This document shows positions 28,969 to 42,979 of a stretch of DNA of 64,000 nt, piece by piece. The stretch comes from the human T2T-CHM13v2.0 reference genome, Homo sapiens: the NCBI RefSeq assembly GCF_009914755.1, contig NC_060926.1, one strand, 5' to 3'. The position numbers and the translations under genes are program-made. How positions within the stretch are numbered: position 1 is the first letter of the stretch; each line of letters begins with the position of its first letter. The notes beneath the pieces were generated by a model that saw only the letters and a program-made list of their open reading frames with translations, was not told where the DNA came from and ran no database searches.

Positions 28969-31900
28969 CTTCCCTGATTCCCACCCAAGGATGTCACAGT
29001 GATATCAATGTTGATTCTACTGCTTCTCCTCCTCACAGGCTCACTTTGTCACACTTAACATTTTAGGGCTTTAGCTAGGAAAGTGCTCCTTGAGTGGTTC
29101 TGTGGAAAGTTGATAGCAAAAATATTTTATGTCTTCTGTTCATCTGCTATTGCCCTTTTGTATAAATAGGTATGTGTACACATAATAGCTCTTCTTAGTG
29201 GAAAACATTTTTGGTTTAAATTTGTCTCTGCATTTATAGTGTACAAAATATACAATAGTTGTAAAGTAAAATAAAGACCTTTAATAGAGTGCTTCACTCT
29301 GCTCTGCAGTGATAATTGCTTTATCGAATAAGGCTCTGTTAATGGTTCAGCTTGACATTCAACATTTGTCCATTTGATTTATAATTATTCTCACGTGATT
29401 GCAAGGAGGCTATGGTTCAAACCAAAAGTAGTTTAAATTGAACTGTCTTTTCTTCTGAATTTGTAAGGAAATGTAGTTACTTCCAGGCAAAACTATTTCA
29501 TTTACCAAATTTATTTCAAATATACGCAAAGCCCTCTCTGCCTCTATATGTTCTGAATAGACTAACACATATGTAAGAGGAAAATAAATAGAGCAAATGA
29601 AATCACCAAGTTAAAAACACATCCAGTTTGCTTATATGTTGGCCATGGATACGGCACCAAGAATTCCTAATCAAACAATGAAGAGAAACCTACATGAACC
29701 ACATAGCAAGTTGTCATGAAACATGTCAAGTGTCTCCGTAACATTCACAAAAAGGCTGTTAAGAGGCAAAAATCATTTGTATTTACAATCTATTCACTCC
29801 TTATAAAGATTTTCAGAAATGTTTCTGAATTATTCTGCTTTCTTTCCTGAAATTCAGTCTAGCAGGATGCTTGGCCCTTCAGTCTTCATGAAACTCATCT
29901 GAAATTTTTATTCACCTTTCTGCCTCCCCACAACCTGTAATACTAATTATAATCAGACAAATACCTACACCTGACAACACAAGAAGCTGATATGCCACTT
30001 TATTAAAAAGATTTTGTATAATTAGTCAAGAATCACCAAATTTCTGCCTCACAATAGAACAATATCACAATGTCAGTTGTTGGCAGTTATCAAACCACTA
30101 CAGTTCCATTGGCCCTCCCAAAGCTGAGGTTAAAAGCTGGCCTCTGGAAATCAATCATGCTCTCGGCAGAGGATATTTCAGTGATATGAGAGCTGAAATG
30201 GAGACTGTAATCTTTTGTGATTACCCTAGAGGCTGAAGCAAATGTAAAAGGGAGTCTATGAATTGCTGATAATTTCCTGTGATGACCGACTCCAGGAAAT
30301 TCTGACATTACCCTTGCACTGTAACAAAATGAAGGTTCCCCAGATGCATAGCTTCAAAGAACTCTACATCTGGGTGTCACAATGCTTCTTTAGAAGCTAC
30401 TCATCCATTAAAGGGGCCAGGCCTGTGAGGCAGCAGCACTCTCTGAAAACAATGGAAGGTCTGATTGCACAAGAAGTAATGAGCTCTATGCTACAGGCTG
30501 TCTTTCTACCTAGTTCTTTTCTGAGGGAACTGATGTAAGATGTATCAGTTTTACTCCCCCCACCACCTCAGAAGTCTAAAGACTGGTAGATTTATCTGCT
30601 GTTCTAACAGCTGTAGAGCTATGAATATCTTAGTCTGTGTAATTTAAAATTTTTTATTTAGGCTGATATTTGCATTCTGAGAAAAAATATTTTTTATGCA
30701 TATGTACATACCCTTGAGGTCTATATAATACTTTGGGATAGAATCTAAGACTACTAATCTTTTTTGAGTAGGCAGCGAACTTACAATTAGACGCCATGCT
30801 CGGAGCACAGGTTAAGGGGGTCCTTTTCATGTGATTGGCAATTTAAATTCAGGAAAACAGGTGTGTGGGAGGGGGAGGAGTGGGTAGGGTAAAGGGAGAT
30901 GTGTAAGAGTCAAAGTTCAAGGGATTTTTGGAATAAATTTCTATTATCAATACATGAAGGATAATTTGATATATTGATTATTATGACTTAGTTTAAAATG
31001 TGTTTTAAATTGCCATTTTAACCTAGTTGCAATTTGATTAATGAATAACATGGGAATAAGGGGTCTATATTTGGAAGTCAACAGTATTTTAAAAATATAG
31101 CAAGAAACATTATGTCTTACTACTCTATGACAATGTATCATAGGGACACAGCTCTCAGGTTCAAAATGGCATGTAGCCTTTGAAACCTAAATATCACTGG
31201 AGGTAAATAGGGTAAAATAGAATCCATTCAAACTGGTTGTGCTTATTCCCAACCTCCACTTAATATATCCTCTTCCAATCCCTGCTCCAAATTCAGCGGC
31301 AGCACCTCTGTACTGTTTCCAGGCAGTCAAGTGACTGTGATCTTTAAGTATGCTCTAGCATTATCTCATTCAGCTAACATAAAATGAGCACCTGCTAAGT
31401 ACCAGGAATAACTATTTTAAACTGGAGTGTTATGTTCTTAAACTCAAGGTCTTAGCCATATATATATCTTTAGCATCTACCTTAATTAGGATTGCTGTAA
31501 TGTACACAGCCAGCCCAAGTGATAAATATAAAACTTGGTTTATTTGAGGTAATTAGGAAAAAGAGATAAAAGGGATAGAAATATTAATTAAACTATCAAT
31601 ATTGTAAGAATAGAGCTTTGCTGTTTTAAGTATCCTTTCGTAAACATAATCTCATTTGATATTTATAGGTATTTTAAGTTATTAGAAATAGCATGGGGAT
31701 ATGTTATATACTTATAATTTTTTCACAGCCTCTCATTAAATTCCAAAAATTTTCTAAATATTCAGTCATATACCCTCAATTCCTCATAAATATAATAAAC
31801 TCAAATCTTCATGATGTAAAAATAGGAAGGTATTACATCATGAAAATGAGGAAAACTGGCACAAAGTGACTTTCTTGAGATCAAAGACTATGAGTCTAGA

Positions 31901-34254
31901 CACCAGTCTTCTAACTCCTAGTCCGGTGCTTTTTTTCCCTATACAATGAAGTGAATCACCTACCTTGTTCTCCCCTTTATTCTGGTTTCTGCTTCCCCGG
32001 ACAGCATGAACAGAGGCAAGCCCAGGTAGGACGGTCAGAAGTTTACTTTAGAACAAAGTAAGTAGAGTTACTTTTCTGAGGTCCCAAAGAACTCTCCAAA
32101 TGGCTTTTTGGAGAAGGTAGGATATAGTTGATGAATGAGTGACTGACTAAATAAATAAATGCTACTAGTTCCTTCAAAAGGTAAGTGCTTCAAAAATGTG
32201 CCATGTGATAGCAGTCATTCATAATCATTTTAGCATCTAACAGCTTCAGCTCATTTTGGGAAATGTAGATATTTATGGATTTGATCATACTATAATGGCA
32301 ATGGACCATCTTATATAGAGAAGTTTGGGTCTACCTGGGAAAAACACAGAAATTAAGTAGGCCCCAGACATGTGTTTTGAGAATTTCATTCTATGCACCT
32401 CTACTTATTTGTAAATCATAAGCCTGTGAAAAATATCGGGTATATTTTCTATAATACCACTCAGATCTTTAGTTGGCTCAAGAAACTGTATTCACAATAA
32501 GAGAAAACAAGTACAGGCTGACAAGATGAATCTATCTCCTGAATCAAATACACTGCAAAGGAGAATTTTCAACTTGACTTTAGAAGCCATGGGAATTATT
32601 GGGTACTTAAAAAAATATTTCGCACATGAATAACCTGAGAGAAGTACACATATTTAAGTTCAAGATATAGTATGGTGGAGACCAGCTTTTGCTTTTCTGA
32701 TATTTAGATTTTTTGTTTTTCCTTTTCAGTGGTAGGGCTCTCTACTAGAATAAATGAGAAGACTCAATTCTATTCTTCAATCTTCTGATTTGCAAAAAGG
32801 GCACAACAATGACACATGTAATCTATTTCATATGTGGGTACATTAAAAGAATCAATGTAAAACGTCTTTGAAATATGCTAAATCCCTCTGATACTAGAAT
32901 TTCATGAAAATGGTATCATTTATATGATTTGTGTCTTTCAAAAATTTCAAGTATCAGAACATAAAAAGGAAGGTAAACCTAAATTGAAAGCAAATCTGTA
33001 AAAAGTGTTTTTTCAAGATTCCTACTGAGCTCTACAAAGATGTTGAAACTTCACAGATTGCTAAACAGCACTCCAATTCATCTTTAGCACCCTCAAAAGC
33101 AACTATAAAAGTAAAGGAACCAGAATATTCCAAAGCATGTCTCTCCAACCCCCAAGGGATGTGAGACTTAATTCTAAACACAAAAATCTAGAAGGTGGAA
33201 GTAAAAACAGATCTGCGTTGTTGGATGGGTTCGCAAGCTTTTGATAAAAGTTTTTCAGAGGCCACTATCACTGATTAAAGTTTATAGAGCAACTAATTTA
33301 GAAATACATTTTCTGAGCTGGTGGGAATGTTTTATACAATAACATTTTGCTACTTTTTTGTATTTATTAGGCTTGGCTACCATACCACAGAGACATAAAG
33401 TTTTGGTCACTGAGAGAAGCTAAGAATTTTTCTCTTAAAATTTTCCTGTTTCCTCTTCTTCTTCTAATTCTTTTTTTTAATTATCTGTAGATTTGTTAAG
33501 AATATTAGTGTAGAATAAGATACAAATTTTTAAGAAGAGGGCCCAACATAGACACTTTTTCCAAGTTGACTCTACTCTTGAAAAATGCTGACCTGGGACA
33601 GCGCCAAGACTAAAGACTTGTCTTGCCAGAAAATCTGATGTCCCCTCCAAGTACACATAATCCTTGAAACTCTAGCACTGAAGATGAGGCCCCAGAACCA
33701 TGTGACATTGGGACTAGGATAAAGAAAGGGACATACAAGAGGACACAGCATGGTGGGTCTACAGATGCCTCTTTTCACAGGCTCCTGAAATTTTACATTC
33801 TTTTACCTCATAAAGGACCATCAAAGTCTCAATCTGATATTTTTAGGCAGCTTTTATGAAATGAATTGACTGTTCACTATGACCACAATCCTCTATTATG
33901 TTATGGTGAATTATACAAGAGGAAGCAATTTCTATTAGACAGAGAGCAACTTCTGTCTAATTCATCACAATAACCTTTCTCCTTAGCACAATGCCAGGGA
34001 CATGTAGACATGCAGTAAATGGTTGTGAATGAGTGACTTTTACTAGATGCCCTGAAAAAGCAATTTATTAAAGAGAAAAAAATGTGACTATGCATTATAC
34101 AAACATACAATAAATACATACCATATAAATAACATCTGCATACTCTAAAGGTGTTTCAAGAGTAAGTAGAGAAGAGGGAGATTTGAAAACAAAGCCCTTA
34201 GTAAGATAAATCTTGAGGCTTTTGAGTAAGGCAAGGGACATGAGTTAAAGTTTA

Positions 34255-35067
<813 letters not shown>

Positions 35068-36311
35068 TCAATGCTTAAATATTTGTACAAAATCTTTGTT
35101 AGTTTTGTACCACATTTCAAAGATTCCCTATAACTATTTTTTTTTCTAATGATCTGGGGAATGTTGCTGTTGAGTTATCTAAGCCTAACAATAGGCCATC
35201 AACCTCTCCCCTCTTCAAGTGATTTTGAGTAACCATGGAAAATTTCATCTTGGCATATTTTAGTTCTATGCACTCCTTTAGAAAACATAGAACAAGATAA
35301 TCCTTCAATATATTTAAAAGCATGTCACAAAAAATAAAAACTCAACCATATTTTCTTTTTTATTTGACTGGGATAAATGTGTCAGTTCAAGCAGAGTCAG
35401 TTGGACATACTAGTATCCTAAGAAATATGGAATACATAATTTTTAATGACAGCAAGCACTATTAGAGTGACGAAGACTCAAAGGGCAAAAATTAACATTT
35501 GGGTTGCAAAAGTATTCTACTTAAATTTAAAAATATACAAATAAGAGAAAAATACATATTCATATGTTTAAATAAAGACTTCATTAAATAGATAAAGATA
35601 TTAAAGGCAGGGTAAAAAGTTAAATGTCCTAGCTTTAGGTTTCCTTACAACAACACTTCATGGGAAGCATAGCACGAATTAAAAGCAAAGCAAATGTGAA
35701 TTTGATTCCCAATTTCTTTATTTAGAAACTCTCTGATGAATATATTATTATTTATACTACAAGAAAAAAATTTTTAAAAAATATTCATCAATATTGCCAA
35801 ACCACAAATGAGTCAGAATCTCAGAGGTTCTAGAATGATAAAATAAATGGTAATCATATAAATCATTTCATAACTTGTCATGGATGATTCACAGAATCAT
35901 ACAGTGGTTTGGAACTTTATACTTTGAAATCATCTTTATCCTGTCCCACATATTTGCTCATGTCTCAGGAAAAAAATAATTTCAAGGTAGGCAGTAAAAA
36001 TCAGATTATTTTTCACAAAATTAAGATTGTTGAGCCTCCTGCAATAAAGTAGTAGTGACTGCCCTTGTACTTGTGCTTTCCTAGAGCAGTTGTAAAAACA
36101 TGGCAGGACTCACAAAAACATTTCAAATAAATAGGCACATAAAACACCTGCCAATTGGCAGAGAAATTGACAGGTGGCTGTGGTCCCAAGTCAGCTCTTG
36201 ATTATAGCTATAGCTCTGAACAGTTACACAAATACATATGCATGTACACAATGTGCAGGTGCTAAAAATAAACTTCACTTACTTACTGTCACATCATGTA
36301 AGTTGGGTATG

Positions 36312-36690
36312 TGTTTCAGTCTGCTCAGGCTGTCATTACCAAATACCATATACTGGGTAGCTTAAAAAACAGAAATTTATTCTCTCATAGTTCTGGATGC
36401 TGGAGGTCCAAGATCAAGGTGCCAGTATGGTGGGGTTCCGAGTGAGGGCTGTCTTCCTGGGCTTGCAGCTGGCTGCCTTCTTACTGTGTGTTCCCATGGC
36501 AAAGAGGAGGGAAAGCTCTCTATGCTCTTCTTATAGGGCACTAATCCCATCATGAGGGCCCCACCCTCATGACCTCAACTAACACTAATTACCTCCAAAG
36601 GCTCTATCTCCAGATACCATCACTATCAAATTGGGGGTTATGACTTCAACATATGAATTTTGAGGGGACATAAACATTCAGTTCATAGCA
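36312..36690 (-). mobile_element. MLT1A-like LTR
   Basis: AAATACCATATACTGGGTAGCTTA...TCCAAGATCAAGGTGCCAG...CATTCAGTTCATAGCA. Confidence 0.88.
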
Positions 36691-37419
36691 ATCTACATAT
36701 GTAAATATGTCTTATAAATGTACTTACTTTATCATATTAAATTAATATTATCCATCTTGGTAAGTATTCAATTTATTTCAATTCAGAAGAAGTCTCTTCT
36801 TAAGGGGAACTAAACACCAAGTATTATCCCAGTTGTTTGTGAACAAAGATGAAAATTTAATCCACAATAAAGGAAATAGGAGATCCTAATTCTAATGTAA
36901 GAAACAATTGTGTGTATTTTGGCAGCTCCCACAACATTATATACAGTCATTAAAGAATGACCATGGATAAATTGGCAAATCTAAAGAAAAATTAATAACA
37001 AAAAATGAAAACATCTCTACTAAGATAGAAAAAAAGATTTTTTCTGTTGTTTCTTGAACACTATAAACTTTGGTAACGATTTTCAGTTTGCTGATGTTTC
37101 TTGGTTTTTATCTTGCTTTATCAAGTCTGTTTACTTCATTTTTTCCTTATAAGTTTATTGGGCACAAGGGGGTTTTTGTTTTATTTAATTTGCTTATCTT
37201 CTCCCCAAACCCAACACTCTTTATTACATATATTTTCAATAAAACTCAGTAACTAACAATTTTGTTTTTAACTAAATACTCTTAAAGCTGGGGTCTGGGA
37301 CAAAGAATGTAGTAAATACTTGCCAATATTCATACACCAGCCAAACAGAGAGAGCTGGGCACTATAGCTGGAAGACAGTTTATAACTATTGCCTTTAGAT
37401 TAAAAAACAGTGACAGTTT

Positions 37420-37760
<341 letters not shown>

Positions 37761-37904
37761 CCACAGTTTTCAGGAAAATATAAATTAAGTTAAACACTTG
37801 GGCTTATCGCCTGGTCTTAGAAGGGACTCATAAATGTTATTATTCCCTTTAATAGATGGGGGAGTATGAACATTGAAAACCAAGGAACTGGGACCCTTTC
37901 CTCT

Positions 37905-38170
37905 CTTCCAAAAAATGTTGTTGAGCACCTGTGTCAGACACCCATCATACTAAAATGAATAAGATAGAGCCCCTGTCCTCAAGGATCTGATGTTCTAGTG
38001 AAGAAGACAGATTAACAGGTAATTAAACTATGGTGTGACAACTGCTATAATTAATGTAATCTGGGGCTACTTTGGAAACACAAAGGGTGGGACTTAATTC
38101 AGACTTGAAGAGTCACAGAAGACTTTCTGGGAAGGAGGTGATATCTAAGTTGAACTTTGAATGACACATA
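37905..38170 (-). mobile_element. L2 3' fragment
   Basis: TTGTTGAGCACC...CCCTGTCCTCAAGGA...GGAGGTGATATCTAAGTTGA. Confidence 0.65.
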
Positions 38171-40246
38171 GTTGAAGGTGGGGTAGCAATGGTGAAAATG
38201 AGCATTAGTGGGTAACCAGGCACAGGCTTTGGAATATTAAGATCAAGATCTTTAAAACTTTATGTTTTGGTCCACACAGGCTTTTACCTATAAATGACTC
38301 AAAACTGTGTCTCTGTAAAGTACACTGCTGAAGCACAGAGTTAACATCATCATCCTCCAAGCATGTGTCCTTGACATGTACTCCATCATAAATCATCAAC
38401 GATTCAAACTCCGTCTTCCTTATCATGTCTCTTTAAACTCTGCTTATACAAAGACTAAAATTTTTTGCTTATTTTTACATACATATGCATTGAGAGAGAT
38501 TCTGTCAGTTGTGGTGCATAAGGCAAGGCAACCACTAAAAGAACACCATGAAGCATATTTCTTCATCAGGTACAACTTAGCATAGAACAGGCATCTGTTC
38601 TATTTTGGAATACAATAAGATCTCATTTCATTCTTGCTATGTTTATCATATAATGTTATCATACTTCACTATAAGAAAGAGGAAAACATTATGTTTTTAA
38701 AAATCTACTTAAAGAGAATAACAAAACATCAAACCTCCAAAACTTTCAACTATGGTCTCAGAGCATAGTGTTTTCATTCTTCTGATAATAATTATAAGAT
38801 TAAAACTGACCTCATTTCTTATATTTGCTAATATTAACCTTGGTTAAAAATAAAACGATAAGGTAGATTTCACCTAGTTTTCAAAGAACAAGTGGACAAT
38901 TGAGTACAATATACTTTAAAAATTTGCCAACAAGAAATTATAGCTGTTTTTCAAATATATTCTGCTTCGTGTTGTTTGTAGAGGTCTATTATACACATTC
39001 AAAAAAACCATTTCCTCCTTCTAGTTAATGATTCTGCTGAAAATTGCCTTCCACACTTCCAGAAAAGAGCACAAAGATTTCTGATTGAGCTTTGTTCACA
39101 ATGAATGAGGTGGAAGGTGATATGGGCCAAAAGACTCAAGGACGTAAAGAGCCCGAATATGAATTTTGAAGTTAAAAAGATTCTAATTCAAGTCTCAGTT
39201 CTTCCTTCAATAACTCTCTTTCTTCCTCTAGACAATAAGAGTAATAATGACTGCCTGCCAAAGTGTTTCAAGGTCTAAGTACTTTGAGAGATGTAAAACA
39301 TCACAAATATACAATAATCCAGTATACTTATTAGTGGTGATGTAATAGCGTTTTCCTAGGAAAATGTGGACAATAACTTTCATGACATTCCCTTAGGTAT
39401 TCTATTGGGTGAGTTGGACACTAGAATGGAAATGTCTGTAGGAAAAGAATTAAGAGTAATTTAAATTGCAACTCACAGGGAAAAATCATAGGTCACCCAA
39501 TGATCTCATAAATTTATTTCCTGCAAGATGATAGAGGGTGCCACTTGGAATGACTTAATATTTAATACACTACTAGAAGGGCTCCTGTTTGATAAATGCC
39601 ACACATGTAATACAGGGAGAGTAAAATAATTATTTCATGTAGTTCTTTGTGGTATTCTTCACCTTAGCCAAATAGTATTTTTATTTGAAAATTATGTTTA
39701 TACTCTTCCAAGAAGGAAAAAAAATGAACTTCTATTAATATAATTATTCTTTGGGTTTTCTCAAATATATCATAAGATTAATTGCTGTGTACAATTAATC
39801 AAACAAACCAAATGACATGTTAGTGCATCTGTACCCTCTATGCAACATGAACAAACCATTATGAAATTGTAATTTTATCTTTAAAAATCCTTTATGAAGG
39901 TATTCTCTCCATTTTTGTTTTACAGCTCTTCAAAACAGAGAGGCAGATGTAAGACATTTTGATAACAAAAAAAGTGACTAACAGATTAGTGCTAATCATA
40001 TGATCGCAATTGTAAAAAAAAACTGTGACTGGGTACCTTTTAGGTATATGTATAACATACTTCCAGAAGGGGATTAGAAGGATGGATACCAGTTGCTGAC
40101 CACCTTCCGCTAGTGAAGGAAGTAAAAGTATGTGCAGGGGTATGGAATATGACTTTCTAATTTTACCTCAAATGCTAAAGTTTTATTTGAATTTTTGGAG
40201 TAAGTATTCATGTATTATTTATGTTAAAAAAATAAATAAATAAAGA

Positions 40247-40570
40247 GGTCAGAGCAATGGCTCACATCTGTAACCCCAGCAGTTTGGGAGGCCGAGGAGG
40301 GTGAATCACCTGAGGCCAGGAGTCTGAGAACAGCCTGGCCAACATGGCGAAACCCTGTCTCTATTAAAAACACAAAAATTAGCCAGGTGTGGTGGCAGGC
40401 GCCTGTAATCCCAGCTACTCAGGAGGCTGAGACACAAGAATCACTTGAACCTGGAAGGTGGAGGCTGCAGTGAGCCAAGATCGTGCCATTTCACTACAGC
40501 CTGGGCGACAGAGCAAGGCTGTCTCAAATGAATAAATAAATAAAATAAAAAGTAAAAGAAAATAAAATAA
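40247..40570 (+). mobile_element. AluS/J, following an old L1M 3' fragment (about 39990-40230)
   Basis: Full Alu with an A-rich tail. Confidence 0.93.
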
Positions 40571-42082
40571 AGAGAGGTGAGCCACAGTAAGCCATTTATG
40601 ACTACTTGCATCATGAATGCTGCTTCCTGACAGCAACTAGACTTCAGCAATGGCTATAAATGCTAACTTCCAAAGGCACATTAATCAAAACACAAATACC
40701 TCATAAATGTTCTATGAAGTATAGCTTAATTCAGTTATGATTGGAATGTGTCACACATGTTTGAATAGAGGATACCACTGGCATCCTCAAGTTTGCATTC
40801 TTTGAAATGGCGTAATGTGGTGTTCTGGGATGCAGCGGGTGGATCAATGAAACCAAGGCAGGCATGATTTATCCTATTGAGCCACTCCACTGCTCTAGGA
40901 ACAATGCTCGCCTTTTGTAACTTTTTTTTTTTTAACTGTTTGACTTGTCTCTGAAAAGCTCAAAGAAGACAAAAACATTTAACTGTTTACTCACTACATC
41001 AAGGCCAGTGCTCTGTAAAAAGCTGGCTGATGCCCTACCCCCTAATTACCTTCCAGCACTAAGCCCTGACAGAGGGCCTGTCAGCAGATTTTATTGACAA
41101 TCCTTAAGGAAAAATCCTCTTGCTGTTTTCACTTCATACAGAAGATAGGTTTGCAAAATGAAACATTTGGCAGTACTTCAGATGCTTGCTGTCTGGTGGT
41201 GTTGATAATGCAATTTTTTTTTATTACAGCAGCATTTACAATGCTGTATCATTAATGTAGACTGTCATGCCCCAACTAACTGTATTTAACAATCAAGCAG
41301 ACAATGTATGCATTCACCTGAACTGTGAACATTTTATTTTACTATAAGGTTTAGAATCTGGCTACAGATTGATTTTATGCTAAATTATATTGTTGAAAGA
41401 TGTCATGCTCCACTTGACACACCTACAAATGTTTTTCATTCAAATAAAAGAAGGTCAGCTGAGCTGAAGCACATCAGTAATTATAGGTAATTCACTAACA
41501 CTTATCCTATGTTTTAAAATGTCAAAGTGTCTTGCAGATCACTAGTATGTAGATTTAAAATGAGTGTTTTTCTTTTTCTTAATAGAGTCAAATTCACGTC
41601 ATCTACAATAGCCCCCAAATAGAAATTTTGTTTGTGTAGGATTCACATTTTATCTAAAGTATCTCCCAAATAAAAATGCAGCCAGAGAGATAAATCCTAC
41701 AGTCATTTTTTTTTTTCTAAGAGAAGGGAAAAATCAATGAGTCTTGGTATCTCTAAATTGTATTCCTGAGCATGTGAATAACATCCCAGAAATGATGTAT
41801 GTTCTAAAGCCACTGGAAATTCTATGAAAATTGTGCAACACAACAGGTGAAAATTTTTCAGAAAATATTTTCTGTGGAAATATTTGTATAATAAACATAC
41901 TGGCTATTGTTTGGGCTACTCCCATGGGTGAAGCATCATCTTTCATAGCACAACTGAGCAGCATAACCAATATATGGTCTAAAATTACACACTTTGGAAA
42001 CAGGCTGTATCTATTGACTATTCACAAATGTAATGAAATTGATGGAGGAGGACACAAATAAAATAGAAATGAATTTACTCAC

Positions 42083-42225
42083 TGTGTTAAAATTTGGAAA
42101 GAGCCCAACAGCAGAACTACTGTCCACTGGAAAAGACATAAATGGTTTGATATCCAGTGAAGGCTGCATCATCAGGGTAGGTGTGCGCACAAGAGCAGGA
42201 AGGGTAGTAGTGTGGCATGTACTGC
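42083..42225 (-). CDS. ZNF385B: ZNF385B internal coding exon (143 nt, phase 1 to 0): (G)STCHTTTLPALVRTPTLMMQPSLDIKPFMSFPVDSSSAVGLFPNFNT
   Basis: The acceptor is ttttgttcttggcag| and the donor is ACA|gtgagt. Length 143 = 2 + 47x3. The peptide matches the remembered ZNF385B sequence and joins the 15912 exon in frame (FNT|MDPVQ). An internal ATG-ATG at 42172 could start a short isoform. Confidence 0.96.
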
Positions 42226-42979
42226 CTGCCAAGAACAAAACAAAAATGAATTCAATTTCTTGCTCACATCCATCTCCCTCCCAAACCTACAGTGCAAGAA
42301 CAAGTCTGTTGAGCTGCAACTTGCAAGCAAGAGAGTTATGCTGTAAGTAAGCAAATGGCACAGGAGTAGTAAACACAATAAAAAGGATCTTCCTCCTCAT
42401 TATCCAAGACAGTGGTGCACAATGCTTCCCTATGGGCAAGGGCTGAGGGGTGCTCAGATTCAGCCAGGACACCTAGTAGACAGATCCTACTGGCAGGAGG
42501 GTCAGACAGAATGAGAATGTCCTGTTGGCCAACGCTTTGCCTCTGACTCGCCAAAAGTGCAGGAGAGAAGAGGGGAGGAACCCCTTGAAGCCAGACACTC
42601 TTTGCTATTAAGAATTACTGAATGGCTAGTGGACAGGTTTTATGCAAATCAGAGATAAATATAGGGTTTTTACAAGAAAAAGAAAACTTGAACCTGTATA
42701 GTTACTGTCTGCTCTCAAAGTTATGATTCAACTTGTTCTCTTAAAAAAAAAACAAACTTTCTGAAAGTTGCTCTTACTTTGAAGTAAATGGGTAGTCTAG
42801 ACATTGGATAGTTAAAGACTAAAAGGGTTGATTATGGCTTGGCTTCAGACAGGGTGTTGGGGGACAGGTAGTAGTTAGGACAGGGATTCAAATTTTTGTT
42901 TTCAACTTTTTATTTCTAATTTGTTTTGTATTATTGTAGCAAATATCCTTTTTAGCAGTTAAATTAACTGTCACCTCTA

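Noticed and set aside
33586-33605. REST/RE1 right half-site GGACAGCGCC with an inverted TGCTGA upstream
   Set aside because: There is no canonical left half in the proper orientation, and a lone half-site is weak evidence.
42287-42472. ORF containing RKILF...CKLQLN, resembling the start of the first ZNF385B zinc finger
   Set aside because: The spacing is wrong, there is no CxxC or His pair, and it stops before the exon. Nearby donors would give introns of only 42-61 nt. It is most likely coincidence.
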